DNA of 63,011 nucleotides, filler included, from Neolecta irregularis DAH-3 (Eukaryota), in assembly GCA_001929475.1 (NCBI GenBank). It is 15 parts of 15 records of this genome, joined end to end, with 100 filler letters (N's around TTAATTAATTAA, not from the genome) between each part and the next. Parts side by side here need not be neighbours in the genome. Positions count along the whole stretch, not along the records: positions 41,261 to 51,059 come from LXFE01003510.1; positions 51,160 to 55,692 come from LXFE01003511.1; positions 55,793 to 57,008 come from LXFE01003512.1; positions 57,109 to 58,286 come from LXFE01003521.1; positions 58,387 to 60,049 come from LXFE01003526.1; positions 60,150 to 61,416 come from LXFE01003528.1; positions 61,517 to 63,011 come from LXFE01003529.1; 8 more parts are not named here. One strand, 5' to 3'. Position 1 is the stretch's first letter, and each line of letters opens with the position of its first letter. Positions 50,759 to 63,011 of the stretch are shown here, one piece after another. The position numbers were made by a program, and so were the translations under genes. Below the pieces are notes generated by a model, which worked only from the letters and a program-made list of their open reading frames with translations, was not told the origin of the DNA and did not search any database.

Positions 50759-50962
50759 TGTTGAAGCTCGAGTGCGAATAAGACCAGGTTTATTATACTT
50801 GCCTAAGTGACTGAACTTCCGCGGACATATCTAATCTAAGTGACTGAACTTGGCAAGGTAATGAACGCCTATCTATTTTATATAATACAAATGAAATGCC
50901 GCAATATTATTGCAAGCCTTCTTTCCGTAATGGTAAGCTCTATCCGAGGGTATATGCTTACA
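50759..50962 (-). mobile_element. Solo-LTR-like repeat (inverted relative to 22385-22617)
   Basis: TG...CA termini; clear homology with one fewer internal repeat unit. Confidence 0.75.
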
Positions 50963-51159
50963 CAGGGCCGAATAATTTTGAAAGTATCGGGATGACATTG
51001 TCCATTGTGCCTTCTCCAGAATTCGGGTTAGTCTGTCGCACTCAGGGTGTAGTTGTAGANNNNNNNNNNNNNNNNNNNNNNNNNNNNNNNNNNNNNNNNN
51101 NNNTTAATTAATTAANNNNNNNNNNNNNNNNNNNNNNNNNNNNNNNNNNNNNNNNNNNN

Positions 51160-51970
51160 GAATATCGCTGCTGTCAAAGACCAGGTCGTAAACACGCACA
51201 AGATCATGTCCATGTATCTGGCGCTACGCGACGAATTCTGTAGACTCCGAGCGGCAGCGCTCAAGGAGCACGACCTCGCTACTATTCTTACCAAAGAACT
51301 CCATCTTCTCCGCACTCAGCTGGCAGAACATATAGCCAAAAAAAAGGAGTCTGTCGATGCAGAGGTTGGGGAGCGTGCGAGGGCGGTTCTGGTATCTATT
51401 TTGGCGAAATGAATTTTCTAATATTCCCCAGGCAGAAAACAAAAAATTGCAGCTGGAAAATGCAAAACTAAAAGAAAGCAATGCGAGACTCCGCGCAGTT
51501 GTTGTCAGCATCCCCGATCTCAAACAGATCAGTACGGCAATCCTCGATATGAGACGCCAATTGCATCTTAAAGACGAGGCAATCACCGACCTGCATGTTT
51601 CTTTTTTCCATCTCGGTCATTATTAACCTTTAGACGTTCCCAACTCGTTTCAACCTGCAATCCCGATGAGCAAACCCGCAACCCACCTCTGCCACACACT
51701 CCTGTATCCTTGGTCGAGCCCGCAGACAAACCCCCAGAACCATCCTCCCTCCCAGTCACCACTATCCAATTCCCGTCAAACGACCCGCACCCTACAGACT
51801 GTACGACCATTAATCTCAACATATCTTTCCCAACAAATCCCAATTTTGCGGAAACAACACAAAAGCATTTAGATCAATACCAAGAAGACGATATTTTAGA
51901 AGATTTATTTCGAGAAGATTACGAGGTTGCTTCAGTACCCAACTATCAGGAGACGAAAAGTAGAGCATAG
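51160..51970 (+). CDS. Coiled-coil hypothetical protein (5'-truncated, spliced)
   Basis: Heptad-rich ORF segments joined by short introns. Confidence 0.5.
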
Positions 51971-52037
51971 CAGGTTGTATTTCGGGCTTTAGCATTGCTG
52001 TATATATTAGCATGAAGCATTAAACATCAATTCGTTT

Positions 52038-52175
52038 TATGATTTTATACTATTCAATGATGACTCTACTATTCCAGGATGATTTTATACTATTCAATGA
52101 TGATATTATACTATCCCAAGATGATTTATACTATTCAATGATGACTACTATTCAATGATGATTTATACAATTCAA
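52038..52175. repeat. AT-rich tandem repeat (ATGATTTTATACTATTCA)
   Basis: About 6 imperfect units. Confidence 0.85.
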
Positions 52176-52286
52176 TTCGTTAATTTAATTCTTAATTCGA
52201 TAGGTGTAATTGCTTTTATTATTTACCCTACTGAAATGCAAGAATGCATGTAATCAAACGCCTCATGTACTCCCCTCGTCATCTAC

Positions 52287-53026
52287 CTATGATTGTTCCC
52301 TCCTCAAAAGATCTCGCGACAACTTCTTTTGTAGAATAGTTTCCAAGCCTTCTCGTCCCTTTGATGCATTCTGTTTAAACCTTTCAATACTCCAATCTTC
52401 AATCGCTGTACAGATCCTTGTTAAAGCGCCATAAGCTGTTATTCGAGCATCTTGCTGAAAAAGAGTTTGTGTAGCGGGCGAAACCGGATTAGGACAGTAC
52501 TTTACTGTCTCTTGAATAGAGAGGATATTAGACAATGTCAAATTTACTGATCTCATGCACAGCTTGCTGATTAGCCAGGTCGAGCACATATATCCATACA
52601 GTTTGATTTCTGGGATCGACTTGACTCACTTCCCGGACATACGAATCTTCGGTTCCACCCACCATTTTTATTATCCACTTTGGAACAGATTGACGACATG
52701 TAATAAGCCGTTCGGTGACGAGAACGCCAGTTTCGGGATCTATATAACTGAAAAAAAAAATCAATGAAAGTCTTGGAAAAAAAGCACTTACCGGTCTAGA
52801 ATATCGACGGCGACAACNNNNNNNNNNAGTGACGAGAACGCCAGTTTCGGGATCTATATAACTGAAAAAAAAATCAATGAAAGTCTTGGAAAAAAAGCAC
52901 TTACCGGTCTAGAATATCGACGGCGACAACATGTTTGCATGTGTCGTTTGGATATTTCGACCAGTTTGCAGCGGATACGTGCTGCCAGTTATAGTTGAAC
53001 GTATGAAACGATTCAAAAATCTTCAT
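52287..53026 (-). CDS. UPS2: PRELI/Ups2-type mitochondrial lipid transfer protein
   Basis: MKIFES.HTFNY.W..VSAANW.KYPN, HVVAVD.L.R, TERLITC.Q..P.W, F.QNA.KGREG; includes an N10 overlap duplication. Confidence 0.92.
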
Positions 53027-53255
53027 TGTGGGTAATTTGGAGATGGGCGGCGATGGTGATACAAAGGTAAAGAATGTCAGAATCTGAATATTTCGGAAAA
53101 AAAGACCCATGAAAACAGCGACATTTTCGAAATACGTTACATTGGTTTATATATAAAATAAGCGTATTCAAAAACATGGAATACAGATTTTATGTATATT
53201 AAAATGACTGTTGGACACGTTTATTGAATTCGCGTTTTAAAGTCAACAACACAAA

Positions 53256-54100
53256 ATGTCGCATTTTCAAGATTCCAATCCAATAATTTCGTCGCTTCCT
53301 AAAATGAACGTTGCATTCGATGATTTAAAAGCCAAAATGGCGAAATTTACTATTGAATTTGATGATTTTGTGAAAGAGGGACGGGAACGAATTCTTTTGG
53401 AGCGAAATGGATTTGCCAAGACGGCTTCTGAAGATCGTGAGAAGGAGAAGGGATTGAGGAAGCAGATTGAGGGCATCAGACATAAAGAACGTGAAACACA
53501 GCAAGGTTTATTATTTTTTGGGGGATCGAGTTGGGTTTATGAGTAGCTATTGCAAAGGAACGCGAAGAAGTTGAGGAAGCTGAAAAAACAAATGCTGCGC
53601 TTCATCGTAAAAAAGAAGAAATGATTGAACGGAAGCAAATTTTGACGGTGCAAATTGAGGAAGGCAAGATTGGTATTCAAAAGAAACGAGAGTGTACGTT
53701 TACCTTGTTTATTTCTTATTATCTGACTTGCAGTTCGAACTGCCGAGCGACAGACATTAGCTTGTCAGTCTTCAAAGAATACACCTGAACTTGAGTTTTG
53801 GGAAGATCATTTGGGAATGAAGATTCTTGGGTTAAAAGACGATTTTCTTCAAATTGTGTTTACTCATATTAATGAACATGATTGGCAGAGGGAATATTAT
53901 GTAACCTTGGATCTATCAGAGAGGAATTACCAGGGTTTGCATAAATATTTCACGATACTTACTTTATAGTACCCGAATGCAAACCTCTGTTAAACCAACT
54001 TGCCGCCCTTGTAGATCGACTAAATGAAACGCGAGATTTTCCAGACTTTTTAAAGAGAGTGCGAAAGGGATTCAAGGAATATGCTGTACATCATCCCTAG
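53256..54100 (+). CDS. SPC25: Kinetochore Ndc80-complex subunit Spc25
   Basis: FDDLKAKMAKFT..FD, coiled coil, PELEFWEDHLGMKI.G, LNETRDF..FLKRVRKGF. Confidence 0.88.
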
Positions 54101-54133
54101 TGTTTTCTGTAATCTAGTTTGCAACCTCTGAAA

Positions 54134-54754
54134 ATGTTGAGATTCATTATTTCACGTAAATCGCGGCATTTTACTCCCATTTGTCGTTTCGAGTTATCTT
54201 GCAGGCATAACACGACGACAGCAAAGCCTGTTGACTTGCTGGAACCTGAAGAAAAGATATATATTGATCGGCCATTGCCTAGTGTGACTGCAGGCAGAAA
54301 TGTCCGGATAGCTTGGTTCATAGGGGCTTTGGCAACCTGGGGGGTTTCTCTAGCAGCGGTATATTTGCAAAAGATCTAGTTGATATGGCAGATTTTCAAT
54401 TATGAAAAACAGTCGTCGCCTGTAGTCCATTCTACGTTGTACTCGTTGAGGAGAAACGCGATTGCAAAAGAAATCCTTGGCGACGACATTCAGCATTCTT
54501 CGAAATGGCCTTGGATTACAGGGACTATTAATCCGCAGCACGGAAAAATCGACATGAGTTACAAGGTCAAAGGCGAGCGTAGGTATGCACTATCCGATCT
54601 CGTTTATGGTATAGGCGGAGAAGGACTGATGACGTTTCATTGTATAAGAAGATCTAAGCGGTCTGAATGGGAAGTGATTACATGGAAGATTACGGATTCT
54701 ACTGGCCGAGCTGTTGATTTGGGAGAAGACGCGCAGCTTCCAGAGGATAAATAA
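54134..54754 (+). CDS. COA1: Cytochrome oxidase assembly factor Coa1-like
   Basis: Presequence, RPLP, TM, NYEKQSSPVV.STLY.LR...LG, WPWI.G.IN..HG.ID..Y.VKG. Confidence 0.82.
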
Positions 54755-54901
54755 CGCAGGTAAATATTAAAAAGAAAGGAAAAGGAGCGGCGGAGAAGGA
54801 TATTACAAAGGTAGGCAAACGAGTGTAGACATTTCCCGAATATCCAAAAGAAAGAAACAGATCTGTAAGTAGTAAACACCCAAACCAACCCCAAGAGAAT
54901 G

Positions 54902-55692
54902 TCAAAAGTCAACGGACGGGCCATACCCTGCACTGTTGCGCGATGGTGACCATGCTGGTGGAGCCTGTTGTGTTGCTGTGCGCCTGTAGGCGGGCCCCTG
55001 GCGCGGGGGGACGTATTCGGTTTCTGTGGGCGACGACAGCGTTTCTGGTAGGTTGTCGTTGTATGATGACGACGAACGAGAATAGCGCGAGAGGACGGAA
55101 TCTTCCCGCGAGAGGGCAGCGCCGCTGAAACTTGTAGTGATGCCGAGGCCATTGTCGACCTGATGGGTAGGACCAGTGGGAGTCTGGGGGTTGCTCTCGA
55201 TTGAGGGAGCAGTAGTAGTGTGTTTGTATACAGGCGCAGTAGATTGGTTGTAGGGAGCGGTAGATTGGTTGTAGGGAGCGGTAGATTGGTTGTAGAGAGC
55301 CGTAGGGCTTCTGTATGTAGGACCAGTGGGAGTCTGCTGGTTGCTCTGAGAACCAAGAGTCTGCTGGGTGCTCGAGGGAGATCCAGGAGGCGATCCCAGA
55401 GTCTGCTGGCTGCCCAGAGATCCCAGAGTCTGCTGGGTGCTCAGAGATCCAACAACCTGCTGGCTGCTCACTGTAGGCGATCCAGGAGGCGATCCCAGAG
55501 TGTGCTGGTTGCTCTCTGTAGGCGACTCCGAGTGGCTCTCAGCCGGATCGTAGTTCATCAGCGGCGTCGACCCGGTGCCATTGCTGCGGGACGCAAACCC
55601 CTGGCCGACTGAATGGCGAGTCGTGCGGTTCGCCGCATGGTGCCAGCCGCGGTAGCCGCCGGGGTCCGCGCCGTCGGCCGCCGCCGGGAATC
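54902..55692 (-). CDS. Low-complexity S/T/P/Q repeat protein, C-terminal part
   Basis: Frame open to the contig end (..GGYRGW..MNYDP..); internal repeats QQTLGSPPGSP and YNQSTAP. Confidence 0.65.
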
Positions 55693-55951
55693 NNNNNNNN
55701 NNNNNNNNNNNNNNNNNNNNNNNNNNNNNNNNNNNNTTAATTAATTAANNNNNNNNNNNNNNNNNNNNNNNNNNNNNNNNNNNNNNNNNNNNGAGTTAGA
55801 GAGGAAGTGGATGCGAAGTTGGTTGAGGTCGTGCGAAAAGAATGCGTCGGTGTAAGCCTATGTCTTAGTAGGCTTACTACATTCTAGTGGCTCGAAGGAA
55901 TGGAGCCAAGATAAGAACCGTCATTAGGTGGTAATAGGGAATGACGAGGAA

Positions 55952-57008
55952 GAGTGTTGGCAATGGGCCATGGGCTTAGCCCGGCCCATTAAAAGCCCGC
56001 GGGCTTAGCCGATGGGCCGATGGGCCAAAACGGGCTTTTTCACGTGATATCAAATAATACCATGCAGCCCTTCTCCTCCCACATCTCCGTCCTAACCGCC
56101 TTCCTACCGGCCTCGCCTGCCCGCCTCGCCAGTCCATCTTGCCCGCCTCTTCCATCTCACCCTCCTCACGCTCTTCTCGCCCGCCTCTCCCGTCTATCTC
56201 TCCCCGTCTCGAGCAGCAGTGCACGGCCAGGGCGAGTAGCGCATCGGCAACTGCAAAGGCGACGCTGCGCCAGGCTGCCACCGAAGAGTACAGCCGCGGG
56301 TTCGCGGGCAGCGGGCGGCGAGCAGCCAGCGTCCACAGCAGCAGCACGCCCAGCTCCGCGCCCGCAATCGCTGCCGCCGCACACAACGCCGCCGCGTGCA
56401 GCAGGTGCGGCCATGAAAACCCTGGCAGCGCGCTAGTGTCCTATTACCTTGCCAGTGATAGGTTTACAGTCGGCATGTGACTGGAGTCGCATGTACACCT
56501 ATGGACTTATATATCCACGTATTCAAAATGAGATTTGTCACACTTTGAAGCACGAGCCATAGCATCCATGTAGCATCCACAAGTACTACAAAAAGGATCT
56601 TTCCTTGGGCAGTTCTCACTCGCCCGAAACCAGATCGGGAAACACCCTCGTATAGAAACGTTAGCCGAGGCGACGAAATCAGGACGGGTAGCAACATTCT
56701 CCTCTCTCTGCTGATACAAGGCTAACTGGGTCAATAAGTGATAGAGATGAGTATGAAAATCCTGGACCCATTGCACCCAGATCATCCTTTGGCTGAGGTT
56801 CCAATAACCTACTTGATACAGCAACAAACCACCTATCCAACTCCCAGTCGCCTAGCTCTTGATATCTTGACAATACCAGCATCAAGTGCTAATNNNNNNN
56901 NNNACCACCTATCCAACTCCCAGTCGCCTAGCTCTTGATATCTTGACAATACCAGCATCAAGTGCTAATTGTGAAAGAGCATTTAGTGAAGCAGGTGATA
57001 TGCTTGAG
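55952..57008 (+). mobile_element. Decayed hAT transposon: terminal motif and C-terminal dimerisation domain
   Basis: End GAGTGTTGGCAATGGGCC with GGGCC/GGGCT subterminal repeats; TYPTPSRLALDILTIPASSANCERAFSEAG at ~56830-57008. Confidence 0.85.
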
Positions 57009-57169
57009 NNNNNNNNNNNNNNNNNNNNNNNNNNNNNNNNNNNNNNNNNNNNTTAATTAATTAANNNNNNNNNNNNNNNNNNNNNNNNNNNNNNNNNNNN
57101 NNNNNNNNGGGGACGCGGGAGGAACAGGGGACGCGGGAGGGGGGGTTGATCCAAAAGGGAAGTGCCAAA

Positions 57170-57330
57170 ATTTAGTGATCCAACCAACGTAGAAAATTTA
57201 GCGATTGCGATTGAAGCGAACATGTGATCCGGAAGTAGTGCCGCGATTGAAACGAGCATGTGATCCAACGTAGTGCAAATTTAGCGATTGAAGCGAGCTG
57301 TGATCCGGAAGTAGTGCCGCGATTGAGCCA
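57170..57330. repeat. Imperfect ~35-40 bp tandem repeat (GCGATTGAA.CGA.CATGTGATCC...GTAGTGC)
   Basis: About 4 units downstream of the PP2C gene. Confidence 0.75.
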
Positions 57331-57361
57331 AGATCTAATACTCGATCTGCAGGGGGTTCGA

Positions 57362-58286
57362 TCACTGCAAGACGGAGACGACCACAGTGATGTCGTCGCG
57401 CTTGCCGCCCTGGTAGGGCAGCCCGTGCTCGAGGGCCTTGCCCTGCGGTCAGACGGTCGATGGCAAACGCACCATAAAGGGGCTTTCGGCCCAGGGGTCT
57501 GCGGCGACGGCCGTTGCCTGGGCGCAGAGGGTGTCTGCGATGGCCTGCTGCCTGGAGACGCCTGGCGGGGCGGCGCACGCATTGACGAGGGCGAGGATGT
57601 CGCAGTCCCAGAGGTTGTCGTGCAGGCCGTCGGTGGCCAGGATGACGATGTCGCCGGCGCGCACGGGCAGGGCGGCGACGGCGGCCTGCGCGGCGGGCGT
57701 GTCGGGCGAGTTTGTGCCGAGCTGCCTGCGCGTCAGCGGGGCGGGAAGCGGGGGCGGGCGGTGCTTGGGGCAGTCGAACCAGTGCTCGTCGGGGCGGCTC
57801 TGCCACAGCAGCCGCGAGTCGCGGATCACCGAGCAGCGCGAGTCGCCGATGGTCAGGCACTGTAGCGATGTGTGGCGCAGCGGCAGTGGCGCACGCAGCG
57901 GTACGTGGCGCAGCGGTGCGTGGCGCAGCCGCACTAGCGCGAGCGTGGCGCTGCCCACAAACGGGCGCGCGGCCGTCTGCGTGTGCGCGTACGCGGCCGC
58001 GACGCTTTGGACGAAGCCGCGCATGTGGCGGGTGCGCGCCCAGCAGTGCAGCAGGAGCTGCGGCAGTCAGCCAGCCCGGCCGCCGCGCAGACGCACCCGC
58101 GCCCACAGCGCAGGGCGGCCGAGCGGGCGGGTGTTCCACGCGCCCACGCCGTCCGCCACGCCCAGGGCATCGCGCGCAACCAGCAGCGCGTCGTCGCCGC
58201 AGGACACGCCCGCGAGCAGGTAGCCGGGGGGGAGTGGTGATCCGCTTAATCCGGCGGAAGATCCGCTTAATCCGGCGGAAGATCCG
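57362..58286 (-). CDS. PP2C-family phosphatase (Ptc7/Azr1-like), 5'-truncated
   Basis: CGDDA, GVADGVGAW, GSAT, IGDSR, HWFDCP, LATDGLHDNL, GGKRDDITVV; 30- and 39-nt introns; 21-bp repeat encoding GSSAGLS. Confidence 0.9.
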
Positions 58287-58386
58287 NNNNNNNNNNNNNN
58301 NNNNNNNNNNNNNNNNNNNNNNNNNNNNNNTTAATTAATTAANNNNNNNNNNNNNNNNNNNNNNNNNNNNNNNNNNNNNNNNNNNN

Positions 58387-59229
58387 GCTTCTAAAAATTC
58401 CTCTTTTTCCCAAATTGATTCAACAATCTCCCCAATCGTTTCGCATTCTTTCAGTCGCGAGGCAACCCCCATCGCATCAATTGACCTCGATAATCTGACT
58501 TGACACGCTTGCCATTTCATACTCTGAATGCAGGTTAGTTCATGTTCTTTTCAAAAGCTACCTTTATCCTCGTCGTGTATTCCTCCATGTTGGTTTGTTC
58601 ACCTTCAACGTATAATAACCCAGGATATCCGGGCTTCGAATATCCCTTGATCCCCAATTCATCTGCGAAAGACACAATATCTTTACGTTTTTGAGTTGAA
58701 AGTAAATGATGGAACCAGAATATTACTCTCGAGTACCGATTCGATGAGACCTTCATGGTATCTGACGGTGGCTTCCATGAAGATAGAATCGCAGCGATTA
58801 TTATATCTAAACATTCAGTGCCTTTCAATAAGTTTTAGATTCTTTGTGAGATATCTTGCCTACAGGAATATTGCCAAATTCAAGTCCCAAGATAGGTGGA
58901 ATGACTTTTATTTCAGGATAAACTAAAGGGTATGACTCTGGTAACGAAAATTTGAGCTGAACTGAATCGCCACTCCTCTCTCAACATTTTTCGAGAGAAC
59001 AGCAACGTACTTTGGAAAAGTCGAGATGATCGCAAACATTAGATTCATGTTGATATTTTCGAGTAGACTGTCCGGAAAATTGATCAACTCCTGGGTAAAT
59101 ATTAGTTTGTAGCCGAGAAACACGAGGACATGCTTCAAGAGTAACGTGTGGCTTTAGAAGAATGAATTCTTCGGGATACATTGCTTTTATCAGTGCCAAT
59201 TCATCGAGTTGGCGGCGAAGCGTAATCAT
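58387..59229 (-). CDS. RWD + DUF1115 protein (RWDD2-like), 3'-truncated
   Basis: QLDELALIKAMYP, WFHHLLSTQKRK, GYSKPGYPG.L.VEG. Confidence 0.85.
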
Positions 59230-60149
59230 GGTTTCTAATAGCAGTCACCTGCAATTTCGATCTGGTCTCTTTGTCATTCATTTCCAATACAACTCATTTC
59301 CAACTTGTAATCGTGTGCTTAAAGTTTGGTATAATCAAAGAACAAAATACGCTACTGTAATTACCGTCCCCTGTGATAGCACCTGGAGACAACCTCCAGA
59401 AAAGTCGAGGACCCATCAACCTACACCAATACCACTTCTTGGTCAAAAGTCTTTCTTCTAATCTTAGTTATATGATTATTCATCAGCATTACAAGAGGTT
59501 ACACTTGTCATTCGGAGATTGTGACTTACAGCTCTGTAGATCTGGCAATGATAACCCATTAGTTGTGTTATGGATTGGCTTGCCAATATTAAGTATCTTT
59601 CTAGTATACTTTTGTAACAATGCCTTGATAGGGAATCCACAAATATTAACAAAGCAGTCTGTGGAATATGCTCTTATTTAAGCCAGAAACAGATAACTTA
59701 CCCCTCAAGAAGAAATCATGGAGGTGTCTCATCACGAAGAACTCACCCATTATCAATGCAGACCCATATCCGTGCTTCAAACCAGAATCTTGATCTTGTT
59801 NNNNNNNNNNCAACTTACCCCTCAAGAAGAAATCATGGAGGTGTCTCAAATCGAAGAACTCACCCATTATCAATGCAGACCCATATCCGTGCTTCAAACC
59901 AGAATCTTGATCTTGTTCAACCTCCTATCATTTCACCTGGCATTGCACTAACTCATGATAACCTGAGCCGCCCACAATCACAAAGGCATATTCAACGAGA
60001 CCACGTGGGGACTCCTGAACCTCCAGGGATAAGTTATCCAGGCCAGACTNNNNNNNNNNNNNNNNNNNNNNNNNNNNNNNNNNNNNNNNNNNNTTAATTA
60101 ATTAANNNNNNNNNNNNNNNNNNNNNNNNNNNNNNNNNNNNNNNNNNNN

Positions 60150-61145
60150 ACACCGTTTCTCGAGAAGGTACCAGAGCGTCTGGAGTCAATCACTGAATAC
60201 CAGGGAAATTACAAGCGATTATCATGGATGCATTATGTCAAATTACGGGAATACAAGAAAGCTTCAAGAACATTACAAGAAATTCAGGAACCCGACCTTT
60301 GGAATCGAAAGGTAGAATTTAGTATCGCAAAACTGTGTGCATCCATCGAAGATCAACCTACAGACGTCCTCACCCAATCCCTCAACATTCTAGGAATTCA
60401 GTCAAAATTCCGGGAATCTCTCAAACCCACAATAAACGAAGCAATCGACTCCGAGGCCGCAGTACAATTAGTCATGGCTGAAAATAAATGGTCAAAAAAA
60501 GCGCCTTATCACGGAGATCTATTACGTCGTCTTGTTCGAAGGGTCTTATCAGATATAATACTTGGTATTGAAGACATGATTGACGCTCTCACGCTTCATA
60601 TCGGACCTCCAACTCGCTTTTATACCGCACTGCAACTGCTAAATATGGCTGACATTTCCGAAAGTCGACGCAATCTGGCAATGAGAACTATCTGGAGACG
60701 TATTTTTTTGGCAGACGATTGGATCAAGATCGTAGATACCAAGAATAAAAGCGACGATCAGGTTAGCAAACAGACAAGACAGACAGCCCTGTATGAGGTT
60801 ATTTCGAGGGGAGTGGCAGATGGTTTGTTTCTTTCACCAACTAGAAACCATTCTAATATCTAAGAATTATTTCAATCTAGAACTAAACTTCGCCCATTTT
60901 TTCCAGGAGAAGCGTTATTTCTTCCGACTGATGAAGATACTTTACGTTCGCGATTTCGCAATTCAAAGGAACAAGAATTTATAGGGCTGCTGGGAGAATG
61001 TGACGCTGAAAACCAGCTTCTCAGGCGGTACGAAGAGAAGGCTAGATTGAGTGTGTGGGCTAATGGATTGGTCAAAGATGCAGAAAGTCACTTGTTGCAT
61101 GATGGTTTTGCGCTGATTGATGCTGAAGATATCATGGATGAGTGA
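60150..61145 (+). CDS. NUP133: Nucleoporin Nup133, C-terminal part
   Basis: LSWMH, LWNRKVEFSIAKL, IDALTL, TIWRRIFLADDW..I.DT.NKSD..V. Confidence 0.85.
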
Positions 61146-62118
61146 AATGATTTAATTATTTGTACCCCTATTCCTTGCTATATAATTATGTCTGTGCCAG
61201 ACATCAATACGAAATTTTGCAATCTGTGAAGCATAATGGCATGATAGATTTTCTTAAAGGTAGCTCATTAGATAGACGAATGATAGGTTTGCTTTGTCAA
61301 TTACTGCATTAGTGATAACGGCCCCGTGGTCATCTGTGAGAAACTTTGCTGTACGAATTGCTCAAAAACTTGATGAAAGAGTAGGAAAAGCTACTGTATT
61401 TGCAGTATTTAGAGCTNNNNNNNNNNNNNNNNNNNNNNNNNNNNNNNNNNNNNNNNNNNNTTAATTAATTAANNNNNNNNNNNNNNNNNNNNNNNNNNNN
61501 NNNNNNNNNNNNNNNNTGAGGCTTATCAGCTGAGGTATCATTTGCATGCTGATCCTGAGGGATCATCCTTTGTCCCTCTGCCTTATCAATCTCTTTGGAC
61601 TTCTCTTGACGCAATTGCTGCGCCAATTCCTGCTTAGCCTGCTTTAATTCTTGCTTGGCTTGTTCTTGATTTTTGTTTTCTTTAGTTCCCATATGAGGTT
61701 GGGGTGTTTGTAGGTTAGGATTGGAATCTGTGTAACTCTATGCATGCATATTCCTTTGTTGTTCCCACTCCGCATGGGCTTCTCTCTTCATTTGTCATTT
61801 ACCCCACTCAGTGTGGGCTTCTCTCTTCACTAGTTGCTTTTCCCTATCTCACACTGTAGTCGTAATTTCTCGCTTACAATGCTGCTGACACCTTTGGAGT
61901 TCAGAATAACTCGCTACCAACAACTGCCCTGAGGGAATAACTACATGACATTGTTGTATGTATTTCTACACTTGCTGCGCATGCGCCAACCAGTAGGCTA
62001 CTAGTTAGTATATGTAATCAATGTCTACATAGCCCTGAGTGATACTCACTCAGAGGTATAGGTATGAGAGAGGACGAGAACTTGGATAAGTTCTGGATAA
62101 GAGGGCTCAACTTGCACA

Positions 62119-63011
62119 ATGAGCAAAAAGATTTATGAGGTAAAAGAATTGATAATTTCTGAGTACAAATGCCACATATATATATGAATATAATTTTTCC
62201 TAATGAGGTAGTTAATAGATGATATGCTTTGAACAGGATTTAGAGACTACTCCATTAACTCCTATTAGGCCTGTTATCTTAATTCTGTAATCTCCGCTTT
62301 AGTGACAAAAGTTCGGATACTACCTCATGTTCATCACAGGCCTCATCTTATGTATCCGACAAAGTTAATGGTACTCAGGAGCTTACTCGACGAACCTGGA
62401 TGGAAGTAGAGTCTTGCGACCTTAGAGATTGGGGAGAAAGACCAGCGAGAATCATAGGCAAAATTCATAGATATTTCTTTCAACAGCTAAATGACCAACT
62501 CTATTGACTAGGTATGAAGGAAGATTACGATAGCTGGTGGGTTGCACTATGCCGGAGACAAGAAGTATACTGGGTTTGGCTAAGGGGGACTAACTTTGAT
62601 CTCATATGTTTAAATTATGAGCAGTGTNNNNNNNNNNTCCAACTCTATTGACTAGGTATGAAGGAAGATTACGATAGCTGGTGGGTTGCACTATGCCGGA
62701 GACATGAAGTATACTGGGTTTGGCTAAGGGGGACTAACTTTGATCTCATATGTTTAAATTATGAGCAGTGTCATGAATCACCACCGAGAATCCCTGACTT
62801 CTATTATGGGTTACAATACTTAATGGAAATGCATGTTAAGTTTCCGTGCTTGGTTGATAAATTGCTCTGGAATGCATCTTGGAGGGTACAGATTAATTAT
62901 GAGACACTGATTCTTGACTGGAATAATCTAAGGAATAATGGACCAGTGTGGTATGGATTCTTTGTTTTCAACACTTCAATACTTTTAATCAACAATCAAT
63001 TAACTCTATCT
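62119..63011 (+). CDS. Putative multi-exon hypothetical gene, runs off the window end; possible chromo-shadow-like segment
   Basis: Open frames 62293-62457 and 62512-end (N10 overlap at 62628) can be joined by an intron. Confidence 0.4.

Noticed and set aside
57172-58338. Many long overlapping ORFs in GC-rich segments (also 7263-8394, 26105-26677, 36005-36728, 55976-56480)
   Set aside because: Shadow ORFs caused by stop-codon scarcity; only one frame carries conserved motifs.

Overview
Eukaryotic (fungal) DNA. About 15 unrelated short contigs/scaffolds are concatenated with artificial N44-TTAATTAATTAA-N44 spacers, so gene adjacency across spacers means nothing. The genome is compact and gene-dense, with very short (30-45 nt) spliceosomal introns that break most ORF-track calls. 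The gene set and architecture suggest an early-diverging ascomycete (Taphrinomycotina-like; inference). Recognisable genes: Tul1/Dsc1 RING ligase, PalH/Rim21, Tea4/Bud14-like SH3 protein, mitochondrial rhomboid, hybrid histidine kinase, AP-3 delta, cytochrome b5-acyl-CoA dehydrogenase, RRM-YTH protein, MBOAT_2 acyltransferase, Utp14, atypical hexokinase, U2AF65, FAN1 (5' part), Urg1-like GTP cyclohydrolase, Wapl, Rheb, PI synthase (3' part), HemN-like radical SAM, CCT4, Rpt1, pirin, Ups2/PRELI, Spc25, Coa1, PP2C, RWD-DUF1115 and Nup133 (3' part). There are also orphan genes, a hAT transposon family (TSD-flanked MITE, shared ends, decayed transposase) and a solo-LTR-like family. Most notable observations: (1) polarised GC-rich islands, G-rich to the left and C-rich to the right regardless of gene orientation; (2) relaxed splice signals in ultra-short introns (GC donors, a GAG acceptor); (3) a polymorphic tandem uORF array made by duplicating the Wapl start codon; (4) a CpG-depleted YTH gene beside a MITE; (5) an orphan secreted 8-Cys peptide; (6) a possible chromo-shadow-like gene missed by the ORF track.
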